A stretch of 64,000 nt of DNA from Lepidodermella squamata (Eukaryota; Animalia; Gastrotricha): NCBI GenBank assembly GCA_047495785.1, contig JBLDXI010000048.1, forward strand, positions 372,001 through 436,000, given 5' to 3'. The stretch's first letter is position 1. Every line of letters begins with the position of its first letter. Made by a program: the position numbers and the translations under genes. This document shows positions 1 through 14,231 of the stretch, one piece after another. A model generated the notes under the pieces. It was not told where the DNA came from. It worked only from the letters and a program-made list of their open reading frames with translations, and searched no databases.

Positions 1-2898
1 AGAATCAATTTTTCACACCTTGCCGCAATGCTCAAGGCCAACTGGTGGCTTGCGTACCAGCCCTGGACCCCCTAAAGTTCGGCAAGCTGTGCCCGGCTAA
101 TACGGTAAAAAAAGGACGAATTTTCAATATAAAATTGGAGCAAAGGATTTGAGGAATAGAGTCTACAAAAGTAGTGAAAAGGGATTAGAAAGAGATTTGC
201 TTTTGCTTTTTCAGGTTATGCGACATTTCAGCAACGACATTTAAGCAGCGAAAAATTCGACTTTTTATCAATCGATTTTTTCGCAATTTTTTTCTGCCGC
301 ACTGGCTTCTTCAAAAATATATTAAAAATCTGAAAATATTAAACGCCCTTAAGTTGCTTTATCCTTGGCTTTATCTATTAGCGATATAAAATGTGCAAGG
401 TCCAGTTCAATAATTAATTTTTCGAAATAATTTTTATAGATCGCCGGCGCTTACTACGAGGATTTTGCGAAGTGTGTCGACGGCCAGAGTAAGATTTAAT
501 TCATAAAATTGAATCTCATTTTGGGTTAAAAAAGCTGCATTATTCAAATAGTTAAAGTTCCGGTCGATGAGAAGCCGCACATTCGATGCTTTGATTCTTC
601 GACTCGGAAATTCACCGATTGCCGGCCGGTCAGTTCGGGGTGTTTTGCCGCTAACGAAACGGGCCAATACTCGCCATACTCGTTCATCAACAAAAATACG
701 TGCCTGAAATGGGTAAGTCACCGCTGGGAAAAAATCTGCATTATTTCTAGAATTCGAAGCTTGATCGTGTTCGAAATGCGGGCGAACTCCCGAATACAAG
801 CAACATTATCCATGATTTATTTTAGATTAAAAAGGGCAAAATTAACAAAAAAGTGTCGATCTCAAAATGATGTAGAAAATCAACAAAATAATCGATTTTC
901 AGAAACAGTTCAGCCACTGTTGTTTTGGGCTTCTCTATAAGTGTAATTTTCATTTGTCGAAGTCTAGGGTAAATAAGAAATAAGGAAAAAAACATTTGCA
1001 CGGCGTTAAATCATTGCTCTTTTTACTAACACTTGTTTTCACGCCTGTTTGTGCACACCCCTTATGGTTTTCGAATTTCTGGTCTTCACTAGAATCTAAA
1101 AAATTGTTTATCATGCCCAATCGATGGACCTTCATATTACGCTCATTTCGCACTATGAGCGGTCAGTTTACGAATTATACTTCATCCTATGGAGCCGATA
1201 TCGATTCCAAGTATCGATTTTACAAATCAGTGATTTTCCCGATATCAGCCGTCTTGGAACCCAACATTGATTATTTTTCTACGTAGCACCATGTAGCTAG
1301 AATAAAAAGCCTAGGATCAGGGAAGGCATCAGTATCGATCAAAAACCGAAAACGCCGAAATCTTAAGGAATCTTAAACATTTAGTGCTGGAACCTCATTT
1401 TTAGCGGTGGAAATATGTGGACCCGATAATCTCTGAGAATAGTCTATACACCTATTTGTTAACGTATTTCAGAGTGCTGTGAAATGTCTAAGAGCTGGTG
1501 AAAAGTTTTGCTACAGCCATTGCCCGCGCGACTCGCTTCGTGTAAGTTTCCTGCAATTATACCGAAATCGCAGTAACCTTTATCTATTTCTTTCAGCTGA
1601 AAGTGTTCTCGAACTCAAAGGCGTTTGCCATTAATTACAACAACTGCGTTACCGATGTGCCCGTTCCGGTAATTGCTTTGCTCTTTATATTCATCCTTAA
1701 TTATCACTAAGTATCTATCAAGAAAGGGCACCTAAATATAAAGATTGAACCTTTCTGTATCCTGTATCATAGCTGAGCTGCATGAATGGTGGTATTTACG
1801 TTTCGCTGACTGAGTCCTGTAAGTGCCCGAAAGGCACATCGGGCACGCTTTGCCAACTAGGTATTTTAGCCTTACTGATTGCGAATCAGACATTGCAGTT
1901 TGCTATCCCATAGGAACGCCTCTCATCGTTTGCGCAAACGGTGGTGTGCTGTACAACGAGACGTCTTGTAGCTGCCCGGTCGGGTGGATAGGCAACAACT
2001 GTGCAACGCCTGTCCCGCTCGTCAGCCCGACACCGGTCAGTTTCGCTCAAGGCTTAGCCTACTGCAAGGCTATCAACAAGGCGCCTGTGATGATTCTTGA
2101 CGGCGATGCTCTACAAACCGCTATCACCAATGCAGCCGGTAAAACCGTTTGGGTCGGAGCGATGGCTAGATTTTCTTGGGCTAACGGCTACGATGAGTTC
2201 AAGTTTTGGCCGAATTCCGATTGGGCCGATGGTTACCCAAAAGGAGACGGCGATTGTAAGTTTCAGCAAGGTCACAATGAAAGTATTAGCGAAATCTTTC
2301 TTCTTTTTGAATTCTTAAAACGCTTGACACAGGCCATATTCTTTTTTAACCATCAATTGTTCATTTTACAAATATCGATTTATCCTTCGATCTATTTTCC
2401 ATGTAACAGGTGTTGCAATAAGCGTCAAGTATAGGCGATTAATCGATGTGAACTGTAATAGTGGCTTCGGCTACATATGCGTCGATAGAACGCAGCAAAC
2501 GTCTCCGGCACGCAATTTCGATCAGGCTAAACAGTTTTGTTCAAGCAACAGTCACGCTGGCCTGCTGTACTATTTTGACCCCAACTCGTTGAATTACGCC
2601 AACTATGGAGCAGACGATGCGATACTTCTCGACGGAAGACGTAATTCTCTCAATCAATTCGCGTGGAGAATTTCAGCTTACCGCTTCAAGGATACGGACT
2701 CGTTTGCACCGTGGAAGCAAGGATTTCCGAAGATGGAGACAGCTCGGCAATGTAAAACCATGTTGAATCGAGGTCAAAACTATATATATTAATGCAATCT
2801 TTTGATTTTCAGGCGTCGCGATGGAGCCCACCGGCGAGATTTTCGATGCCAACTGCGCCGAAAAATACCCAATGCTTTGCGAATCTGGTTCAAATTAA
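1..2898 (+). CDS. EGF-repeat plus tandem C-type-lectin-like domain protein, 5'-partial
   Basis: GT-AG exons with consistent phases: <1-104, 1473-1541, 1597-1668, 1773-1860, 1914-2255, 2410-2751, 2813-2898. Two EGF motifs (CMNGG..CKCPKGTSGTLC; CANGG..CSCPVGWIGNNC) precede two CTL-like units (SFAQGLAYC..VWVG..W..GYP..C; NFDQAKQFC..W..GFP..C..DANC). Confidence 0.75.
399..1395. mobile_element. Degenerate non-autonomous DNA-transposon-like insertion in a lectin-gene intron
   Basis: About 1236-1395 is clearly homologous to about 39559-39741 (TTCCCG(G)ATATCAGCCGTCTT..GCATCAGTAT..AGTGCTGGAACCT). Only a weak inverted match (AGGTCCAG) marks the left end near 399, so that boundary is uncertain. Confidence 0.45.
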
Positions 2899-3160
2899 AT
2901 CGTATTACTAGAGACCTGTGAATTTTTGAAGCAATCTGCCGAAATCTGTTGGGGCTAAAGCCTCTGTCTCTGATTAAAGTGAACGTTGCAAGCAAAATAG
3001 GGAATGAATAAACCATAAATTGAGGGTACAAGCTATACAAAGCAAACTTTATTTTTCAAATTAAAATTTCGGTAACCCAATTTCATCATCCGGTCAAGCA
3101 AAAAAAATGTAAGCAATGATGACAGCAAGCAGTCAATTTTTCAAAATTGAGCTTTTTCAG

Positions 3161-3246
3161 GCGTCGCTGCTATGCCTTCCGATGGCAAAATTTTCGACGC
3201 CCATTAAAATTACCCGGTGCTCTGCGTGGAACTTAATTCATACTAG
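3161..3246 (+). pseudogene. Degenerate duplicate of the lectin gene's last exon
   Basis: TTTTTCAG|GCGTCGC is the same acceptor context as at 2813. It translates (C)VAAMPSDGKIFDAH*NYPVLC, versus CVAMEPTGEIFDANCAEKYPMLC in the intact exon. Confidence 0.7.
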
Positions 3247-4448
3247 ATACAGGATGTACTGTTTCTAAAATCTTGTACCTTGGACATTAATGATTTCATG
3301 AATTTTTCGAAAGAAGCCTGGAATTGATTGCCATAACACCAGCCACCGCTCAGGTGTTCTCCGTCGCCTTCTTTGTCGACAGAATACTGCCCTGTTGTTT
3401 TCTGTATTCAATATCTATTCTATTCTATATATCAAATCTACTGTAAAGGCCATACATTTCACAATTCAAGGGCAGCATATATAAGCCGTTTTTGTGATCG
3501 GTAATCTGTATACCTATCGTTGCTATGAGCGCTAATGATGTATTATGACTAGGAGACAACGTTACCTCAGTTGATTTGAATAAAAATAATGCGATTGGAT
3601 CATTCGATAATGGCAACACTACACACAGTACTGACGAGATGAGCAAGTTTCTGTCAAAGAATTGTAAACCATGCCGGAAAAGTAGCTGGGCAATTTTTGT
3701 CCGAAAGCTTCAACGAAGACCGAAAAATTGATCAATACGAGCGGTTCCACAAATCAAAAGGGTACCCCTGTGGAATTAATCTACGATAGTCAGGTGCCCG
3801 ATGGGTCTTAGGGTCCCCCTTTGGATTTTTCGCTGGAGCCCCGAGCAATCGTTGGGCAATTTCGCCTTATTCACGCCCGTTTAGGTGCTGACAGCCAGGA
3901 AAGGGGCTCGACCGTGGACCGTGGAATACATTTTCTGTCGAAAATCCACGCCGACGCCATGAAGTTCAAACTGACCAAAACCTATAGTCGGACTAGGAGG
4001 ATTAAACTGAGGATTAAACTGAAATTTGCAGTTGATTTTGGTCATTTTTCAGTCGATTAAACGTTGCATTGAGGAGCTTTTATTTGCCCGTAAGCGTTGC
4101 ATCGAATTCTGAGCCCAGTCGAGCGAGTCCAAATTAAAACGCCCTGATTTATGCTAACTCAAAGGCCTCGATAGACAATTTTTTCAGTAACGTGCTATGA
4201 CAGTAAATTTTTTCAACTTCGCAAATTTTATAATTGGAAATAATAAACTGCTCAGAACGGTCATCATTACTTTATTTTGCTCATAATTCGTAATTTACAA
4301 TCAATACGGCTGACTCTCACAAATAACATTATAAAAAAAGCCTCAATCTCTTGGTTCTACGATGAGACAGGGAGGAGAAACGAAAAATAACAAGGCACGG
4401 GGATTTTCAGACAGCAAAAAATAATAATCGGATATAATAGCGCGTTTT

Positions 4449-5627
4449 TCAAAGTCCAGGCGCAGCTAAAGCCTCAGCCATTGCGTTGAGAAACGCAGCC
4501 GCGGCCGAGTCGTCAATGCGGGCGCAATCGTAAGACAGCGTCACCGAGTAGAACGGCGCAAGAGTCGCGCCCTTCTTCCCGTCATTTCGCGGCACCAGCG
4601 CCAATGGAAGCTGCGTAACCGCCACAGCAGCAACCTGCGGCGGTTTTACAACTGCCGAAACGCGACGCAACACGCCAGCCGAGGCGTGAAAAGCTACGGA
4701 AACCGCGTTTCCACTCGCTTCTTGGCCCGAGGGCTTCTCGGCCTGCAGAAACGTTGCGACATCAACCACACTCATCGACAGGACTTTTCTCAACACGGCC
4801 TGGACCTCAGAGCCGTCTGGCTGTCTGAATGAAACTGCGATATCAGCGGCATTCAACTGTTCATTGCTCAAGTGGATTCGGGCTAAAACTTTAGCCGTTG
4901 TTTTCAGAAGAGTTGCGACTCGCAGATGGTGTAGGAAATTGGGCGGGCTCTGCTTTGATACAAGTGATTTAAGGACTGAATCGACGCGGGATAGGTTCAC
5001 GTCGATTGTTTGATAGGCGTGGGGAGCGGTGAATTTGGCAGTGGCTAGCAGTGAGCCGAGCTGTTTCTGGCTTGCGTTCAGTGCCAGGTCTGAGAATGGC
5101 GATGAGCCTGGGATAGCGCCGGGCTTCTGCTGTACTATCGAAGCAGCTGGTTTCAAGGCGGTTTGAGGTGTGGCTGCGGCGCCTGGTTTCAGACCAGAGG
5201 CAAGCGCGGCTAAGACATCGCTCTTCATCAAAGTTCCATGAGGTCCTAGAAACAGAAAAAAATTGTCAAAAATCACGAATCAGATTTTTGAGAGTTACAC
5301 TTTATCATGGAAAAATTCGCTAAAATATATGAGCAAAAAATTTTGGAACTCATTTATTCAAAAAATCTGAAACTTTTGAAAATATAATGCAAAAATTAGC
5401 GAAAGAATAAAAATCGGCATTTTTTCAGAAATGATTTCAATTTCAATTTTTCAATTTAAATGAAAATTTGAAAAATCGACAAAATTCAAGAAGTCTTCCC
5501 CAAGTTGTATTCTTTATTTATCGATAGATGAATTTAACAAAGAAATAGAATTACCTGTAGCTTTGATAAGCGTCGGGTTGAGGTTGTGCTGGTGGATGAG
5601 CAGACGAACGGCCGGACCGAACCGCAT
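4449..5627 (-). CDS. PDHX: Pyruvate dehydrogenase E3-binding protein (protein X)-like, lacking a lipoyl domain
   Basis: Exons 5627-5555 and 5245-4449. N-terminal E3-binding motif GPAVRLLIHQHNLNP..ATGPHGTLMKSDVL, then a 2-oxoacid dehydrogenase core fold with non-catalytic LSYDCARID in place of the E2 DHR motif. Confidence 0.75.
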
Positions 5628-6069
5628 GTTTCAAAGTTTCAAATCAGAAAATAACCTCAACCACCTAAAATTGAAACAAAAAATCAGTCATACTTCGAAA
5701 ATTGCGGTTTTACAGTATCCAATGACGTACAAGTAAGTGTGTATATGACACAAAGCGCCTAAATTCATTCGAAAGATACAGAAGAGAGAGAAATCATCAC
5801 GATGGTACTGACTATATATTTAGTTATTTACACCGTGATTGCTCATGACGATGCTTTGTTTTTATTTACTTCAAAATTCGTCCAAAGCGATTGAAGATTG
5901 ATATACAAGAATCAAACCCGAAGGACAACATTGTAAGATGATGATTGAGACAGGACGAAAAATTGTTGTACGCGTATGAAAAGAAGAAGAAGACGAAGAC
6001 AAAATGGGCAACCGCAACTACTTTTTCTGAGCAATTTTCGTGGTTATTTCATGTATTCACACCGATCGT

Positions 6070-8506
6070 TCAAGAATCGCTGGCGCTGCTTCGCGAATCG
6101 TCTTCGTTGGGCGCAACAGCCGCGGCGCCGTTGCCGTTGCGTGCCGGCGGCGAGGCGCTGCGAGACCGCGATCGACTCGAACGCGAGCCGCTGCGTGATC
6201 GGCTTCGAACCTTGCCGTTCGCCTCGCCGTTCGCCGCCTTGCCATTGCCGTTTTTGTTGCCGGGGCTGTGAGAGCGAGAGCGCGAACGCGAGCCACTCAG
6301 TGAGCGGCTGCGACTGCGCGAGGCCGAGCGGGATCGAGAGCGCGATCGTGATGCTTTAGCCGCTCCGTTCTTCGCGGCGGCTTTCGTTAGAATCAGCTTC
6401 GCGTCTTTGAACTCGGTTAGCGTCTCAAGAGCAGTGGCCACAGCTTTCTCGCTGTCGAACTCAACATACCTAGATAGAAAAACGAACAGGTATAGAAATA
6501 ATTTTTGATAATTCAGCCTAATTTGGCGGTATAAGCTTAAAAATAAGTATTGAGGGAGTTGTTCAACAAACAAATTTGAGATTTTACATTATTTAGCCTT
6601 AAATTAAGTACTCGGTTCAAAAAATAGATTTGCAATAAATTCTAATTTGGAAGATCTTGGTTGAACGAAATTTAAAAAAAATCGACTTTAACCTGAGAAA
6701 TCAAACGAAACAGCCCAGATTTAGGAATTTTCGAATAATTTTACATATTTTGCAAAAATACATCGAGTGGTCTTGAAACTCAGCCCGACCAAACATATCA
6801 AACTTCTAGACTACTCGATTGAAGTATTCAAGATGTTGTTGACTACTCTCCTTGTCGTAATTTTTCGAGACAGGATATCGTGTCGGAGCAAAGTTTAAAA
6901 GGAATTTTTTATCACGTCGCGATGTCGAAATAATTTTATAGTTGAGTAAATTTATCATGAAATTCCGAAAAATTTTAAAATAGTTGGACGAATCAAGTAT
7001 TCAATATTTAGTTCCGCTAAAACCAAGACCCGTTTTCGCATAACTGAATTTGAAAAAATTCAAAATATGGTCCAGCCGAGCTAGAAAGTAGCTTGAAAAT
7101 TGAAAAATCAATGAGCTTACCCTTTGCCATCGTCGTGAACTTCGCAACCAACAACCTTTCCAGCCGCACTCATGAACTCTTCCACTTCCTGAAAAACATG
7201 GATTGTTTAAAGGCAGGTCAGAAAATCATTTTAAAAAACATGAGCTGAACAAAACAAATCGGAAAAAAAATCAAATTAAATTCAGGCGTCGCTCGTTCCG
7301 CCGGAAAAGCGCGTCAGCTCGGTGGTTTCGGTGAAAATCGTACGAATGGAATGGAAAGGAAAGAATCGCACGGATTTGTCGAGTAAAAAGCGCCCAGAAG
7401 TCGAAAATCAATGGCGTACTTACATCATTAAAATCATCATCAATCACGGGCTAGTAGTAGTCTGTGCCAAATGTTGTTATCATCATCATGAACATCATGT
7501 TTACTTACGTAGAACATCAAAGCCGCACGTTAGGACAGCGCTGGTACGTACGAATTTGGATTTTTACGTTTACGCACGAACATGCACGAGTGTAGTGGTA
7601 GTGGTAGTGGTCATGGCGGTGGCACGACTTTGGCATCAAATCGCGAGCGAGCGAGCGAAACGAAACGAACGCGTTAGGCCACCAAAATCATCATCATCCA
7701 TAACGGACGCAAGGCAGACGAGAATTTAGCTTTTCAAGGAAAATCAATCAAAAATAATCAAAATTTTTCGAATTTCTCAAAAAATAGCTTTGTTTCTAGA
7801 AGATTTTTTACGAATGAAATTTATTTAAATTTTATATCACAGATGTACATTTGATTGAAAGAAACGAAAAAAAATTGGTCAAAAATCGAGCGCCAAGTGA
7901 TTGGTTGTTCCGCTCAACTTGTTCTCAGCTGAATTTACTTTGACATTTAGCTATAAATGAAATTTTCAGTCATCTTACCTTGCGACCAGCATCGGCCGGC
8001 AAATTTTCAATATCGACGCGGTAGATCTTAGCCGGAGAGCGGGTCGCTGATTTCTTTGAATCCTTGCGAGCCGAGGTCGATCGACTACGAGTTCGGTGGC
8101 GGGCGGGTGGCGAATCGCGACGGCGGGGTGACCGGGATCGGGAGCGGGAACGAGACTTGGACCGGCGGCGATCGCGGCGACCACGGGACCGAGATCGGGA
8201 CCTGGAGCGGGAACGGCGGCCTCCCCTGCGACCGCCGAAGCGTTCGCGCTCGACGACACGACGCGGTGGTCCCTTAGCATGCTCGATAGTCACGCGTTCG
8301 CCACACATTTCCTTCCCATTCATATCGTGGACGGCGTCATCCGCATCACGAGCGTCGTCGAACTCGACGAATCCGTAACCGTTTTTCAGCTGAATGTCGA
8401 TGATGCGACCGTAGGACTTGAAAAACTTCATCACATCTCGCTCCTGAGCTCGATGGGGGAGACGCCCGACATAAACACGGGCTCTTATGTTATGGCGACT
8501 AGTCAT
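6070..8506 (-). CDS. Serine/arginine-rich splicing factor of the SRSF4/5/6 (B52/SRp55) class
   Basis: Exons 8506-7979, 7188-7121, 6469-6070. RRM1 (RVYVGRL..YGRI..LKNGYGFVEFDD.RDADDAV), an RS tract, a second RRM (YRVDIENL..GYVEF) and a C-terminal RS tract. Confidence 0.9.
7424..7627 (-). other. Two candidate stop-containing (poison) cassette exons in SR-gene intron 1: 7627-7509 and 7461-7424
   Basis: Each has a CCTAAC branch point (7678-7673; 7534-7529), an AG acceptor (7629-7628; 7463-7462), a GTAAGT donor (7508; 7423) and an in-frame TGA. Confidence 0.65.
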
Positions 8507-8672
8507 CTTAAAATACCCTAAAAATTACAGAAAATATTTAGCAAATTTCACTTTAATAATTACTATTATAATAAACAAAATCAAAGAGCAGCAGCCGCAC
8601 CAGGAATGGCAGACAGAGAAAAAGCAGATTAAATTGGATAATTAAGACACACAATTGCGGTTTGCAGAAGAC

Positions 8673-9797
8673 CTAGAAAAACTTTTTGTGGAGAATGCGA
8701 GCACCTTCGGAATCATATTCCTTTTTCGAAACCCACATGCGTTTGAAAGTGTCCAGCGAGGCCAAAATTGACCCGCCCATCCACGTCGAGTACAACCGTT
8801 CAGCGGGCGCGGAAATTTTGATTTTAATATCCTTAGGCGCCAACTTTTTCACCTCGCCTAAAATTCGTTCGCCGAATCCTTTCAGTAGAGTGCAACCTCC
8901 TGATAAAATAATGTTTGAATACAGCACCTTTCGCAGTTCAAGATCAGCGCGTTGAATGCCGAAAGTTAGCAACTCGTGAATTCCAGGCGATTCATCACCG
9001 ATGAGATCAGGGCGGAAGAGAACTTCCGGAGCGCGGAAACGGCTCATACCTAACTCGAATTGACTGCCGTCGGGCAGGGTATAGGCCATCTTCTCCGGCG
9101 GATTGATTTCGTCCTTTTGAATGTTCGAAGATACAAAGCAGGCGCGCTCTTTGATTTGACGCACAACCTCAAATTCGGCACTGGTTTTAAAATGACGCGC
9201 CTCTTTTCTTAACAGGAGACGCAGATAGTTAGTCACGTCACGCCCGGCAATATCAGCCCGCTGAATGCTGTGAGTGAGGGCATAGCCCTCGTAGATTGGC
9301 ACGGCATGAGTGACACCATCACCACTGTCTAAAACAATGCCTGTTGTTCGACCAGTTGAATACAAGCTGAGAACAGCTTGAATTGACATGAAAAGAGCCG
9401 GCGTTCCGAATGTTTCAAAGAAAATCTGAGCAGCGCGCTCGCGATTGCGAGCCGGGTTCAGTGGAGCTTCGGTGAGCAGAACCGGATGCTCTTCCGGTTT
9501 GATGTACATTTGATCTTTGGAGCAAAGCAGGAAGTGCCAAATGCGTTCCATGTCGTCCCAATCAGTGACGATTCCATGTTCCATCGGATAATTTATTCTA
9601 AGCAAGCCGCGGTGCTCCTCTGCACGTGGTCCAATGAAAGTGTCACCTTCGAGTCCGCCGGCCATGACACGGACGTGTTTGGGTCGACCAACGTAGTTTG
9701 GAAAGATATACTTAGGTATTTGGTCACCAGCAAAGCCTGCTTTGATCATGCCTGACCCGTTGTCCAGTACAATGGGCTGATTAGCGAGGACATCCAT
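8673..9797 (-). CDS. ACTR1: Centractin / actin-related protein 1 (dynactin Arp1), intronless CDS
   Basis: 374 aa with Arp1 signatures [36 protein letters not shown] and [25 protein letters not shown]. Confidence 0.95.
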   Translation of the reverse strand: MDVLANQPIVLDNGSGMIKAGFAGDQIPKYIFPNYVGRPKHVRVMAGGLEGDTFIGPRAEEHRGLLRINYPMEHGIVTDWDDMERIWHFLLCSKDQMYIKPEEHPVLLTEAPLNPARNRERAAQIFFETFGTPALFMSIQAVLSLYSTGRTTGIVLDSGDGVTHAVPIYEGYALTHSIQRADIAGRDVTNYLRLLLRKEARHFKTSAEFEVVRQIKERACFVSSNIQKDEINPPEKMAYTLPDGSQFELGMSRFRAPEVLFRPDLIGDESPGIHELLTFGIQRADLELRKVLYSNIILSGGCTLLKGFGERILGEVKKLAPKDIKIKISAPAERLYSTWMGGSILASLDTFKRMWVSKKEYDSEGARILHKKFF

Positions 9798-9913
9798 GTT
9801 TCCTCAAAAATAATACTGTCAAATTGTCTAGATGAAGCCACGAAAAACCCAACGCAATTAATACTTAAACAAAGATATGGCTATGGGACTAGCAGTAGCA
9901 ACACTTCGAAATT

Positions 9914-10861
9914 CTGAAAGAGAACTCGCAATGCAAGCCAATTAATTACAAATCGAAGGATGAAGATGACCGCGGATCACGTTTCACTCTTTTATTACGC
10001 TTTATTCTTGTATAGCGTCTTAACCTGACTACGAAAGCCAAGCGCCATTGCTATTAACTACCAGAAACGCCCAAGGCGAAAAATTCCCAGTCATACGTAA
10101 GACGCCAAGAGCAAGGTAAAATGCGAAATTCGATAATGCAGGGGAAGTGACCTCCTATCGTTCTTCACCCCTCAAGGGTTTACGGACGGCGGTTGGTGAG
10201 AATGTCGCGAGAGAAAGATCGAGGTAAGCGGTAGGCGGCGAGCGTTTCGGCAAGCCCAAACCCCCATCAATCAATCAAAGTGCCATCTGCAGCCTCAGAT
10301 TTTCATTAATTTATGACCCATTTAAAAATAAAACTCTTGTGGTAGAAAATTTCCCTATTTTATAGATGTTATATCAAGGTTTGCATTTAAATTTTTTATA
10401 ACGATTCATTTCTTTTATACAGGGTTAGTACAGTTCCAGTTTGGAGTGGGACTTCAAGCGGGTCATCGTTCTCACCTGTGACGCTGAGTTCGCGGGGTTC
10501 ATCGACGCCTTAGTTCATCCGTAGGCGCAGGGCGCAAGAAAGAAAACTTTTCTTTTGCATGTTTCTCTCGCTTAACCGCTTTATTACTTTCGAAGTAAGT
10601 AGCTTGTTCGTTATCAGTTTACTGACAATGCAATCTACGATTGGCTACGAGCATTTCTTAGCCGAGGATACAAGCATCAGTAGGAATCGAGCGTTTTACT
10701 CTAGGCTTTAGGTTCTGACATTAGATAGCTATGAAGTTTTGAGGTTTCTGCTGACTCCCATTCGCCTGAGGAATTCCTCAAGAATTTAGAATTGGTCTTC
10801 TTTCAAAAATCCTGCCGCCTGTTGATATTGAAATTACTATTAGTATTTTCATTTTTTGTAG
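9914..10861. promoter_or_regulatory. Divergent promoter region with cis-spliced 5'UTR exons of ACTR1 and TMEM259
   Basis: The two genes are head-to-head. Minus-strand donor GTATGA at 10096 pairs with acceptor 9915-9914. Plus-strand donors GTAAGC (10224) and GTAAGT (10595) pair with acceptors at 10422 and 10861. Both start sites are inferred near 10100-10220. Confidence 0.55.
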
Positions 10862-10927
10862 CGTGTCGCAATCTTGGTATTTACTAGACATTGATTACGT
10901 ATTTCGGCAAGTTGTGCTATCTTCCTC

Positions 10928-12621
<1,694 letters not shown>

Positions 12622-13176
12622 TTAAGTTATACTGGAAAAAATCGCGCATGTGCCAGGCTAATATCTCTCACTCTCTCCTGTTACGTTTTTTTCGTATAAT
12701 TTCGGAAAAATATTTGAATATTTTATAAGAAATGACGAGAACCAGTTTTTTGTTCTTTCCATCCCTGATTTTTTTGGACTGAAATATGTGCGCAAGACAC
12801 TCAGATTGTTGCTTCAATGATAAATGGAAGCTACTTGACTTGCAAGTCTCTCATTCCCGGAATACAGCAGCAACTCAAATTGAAGTGTGGAATTTCTTCC
12901 GTTACGTCAGCTATTAAAACGATGTAGATATGTCGTGGGAAAAAATAATTCGACTAAAATATATGGTGAAAAACTGTTCGTTGTTCATGTCGTTTAATCG
13001 TTGTTGTTTTATATGTCGTTGCCGTCTTCTTCTTCTCCTGTACAGCAAATGAAAAACCGGGCCGGAAAAACGGCCCTTCATTGACTATATTGATGGAAAA
13101 TTCGAGGAAAGATGAATAAATTTTCGCTATTTTTTCTACGGAATTTATGATTTTTTGTAATTTTTTAGGATTTGAA

Positions 13177-13937
13177 ATGTCATTTTTTGCTCCTGAGGTG
13201 CGTGTTCGCAATGCAAACGGGCGAAATCTTGCTGAATATCTCAATGAAACATTCTTCAAACTTCGAGGGTTAGCTTTTATTGTTTTATTATTCGATTCAT
13301 AAATTTTTATATTTTTTAGAAGTGTTGTTGAGGTTACTGTCGTAGCCCGGAAAGATCTGCCTAATAATGTAGCAGAAGAAGCGATGAAACTAGTCGAAGA
13401 AAATATGCGAGAACTCTACGAGTCGTCTTCATGGGGCTGGGATCGACCGAAAAAATTGGCCGAATTAACCGATGATACGGCCAGATTTCTACTCGTTCAA
13501 GAATCGGAATCAAAACGACTAGTCGCTTTTGCTCATTTTCGCTTCGAACTCGAAGGCTCGCAAGCTGTTTTATATTGGTAAGCAAATTATTTCGATTTTT
13601 TTTTAAACGGAAACGGCTCGAAATTTATTTGAGCGCCAAATTCTGAATTTTTGTAAATTTTTCATTATTTTTATTTCTCAGTTATGAGCTGCAAGTTTCG
13701 AGGCAATTTCAACGAGGCGGTCTTGGTAGCTATATTCTGAAAAGTCTCGAATTGATCGCACTGAAGGCTCAAATGGACAAGATATTGCTCACAGTATTTC
13801 CGCATAATACGGCGGCTGTTTCGTTTTATACGAAAAAACTCGGCTTCCACGTCGATGAATCGTCGCCGTGGCAAATCGGCGAACGCGGCGCTAAATACTA
13901 CATTCTATCACTTGAGTTGCAAAATTCCTACTTCTAA
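13177..13937 (+). CDS. NAA40: N-alpha-acetyltransferase 40 (NatD, GNAT family)
   Basis: Exons 13177-13268, 13320-13577, 13682-13937. Motifs NMRELYESSSWGW, VAFAHFRF, VLYCYELQ, QRGGLG and LTVFPHN..A..FY. Confidence 0.9.
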
Positions 13938-14231
13938 CCTCATCTTTGTTTCGATCGAAAAAATCTCAAATTAATTGTTTCGAGCTTGTCCCAATTCGTT
14001 CCTGTGTTAACGCGTCGAATGATCTGGAATTATTTGAGCAACATTTTACAGCGTTCTGTGGTGATATTTATCCGGCTTTTCTCCTCTAATTTTTCACATG
14101 CCAACGAAAAAATTTCGACACTTATCTCTTGTTTAGTTTCATTCTGGTCTTATTTGCAAGATCCCGAAGGGACGTTAAAAATTTATTAAAATTTTTTGTT
14201 GAACTAAATTTTTGTTTTATTTTAGATTTTA

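Noticed and set aside
5945-6359. Plus-strand ORFs rich in RD/RE repeats (also 8056-8521)
   Set aside because: They are antisense shadows of the SR protein's RS-coding tracts.
7322-7729. 135-aa plus-strand ORF with poly-His and poly-Val
   Set aside because: It is the antisense reading of the low-complexity poison-exon island and has no family features.
10423-10540. GC-rich structured stretch considered as a tRNA, snoRNA or SL RNA
   Set aside because: No cloverleaf, C/D or H/ACA boxes, or Sm site was identifiable. It is bounded by splice sites and fits a TMEM259 5'UTR exon.
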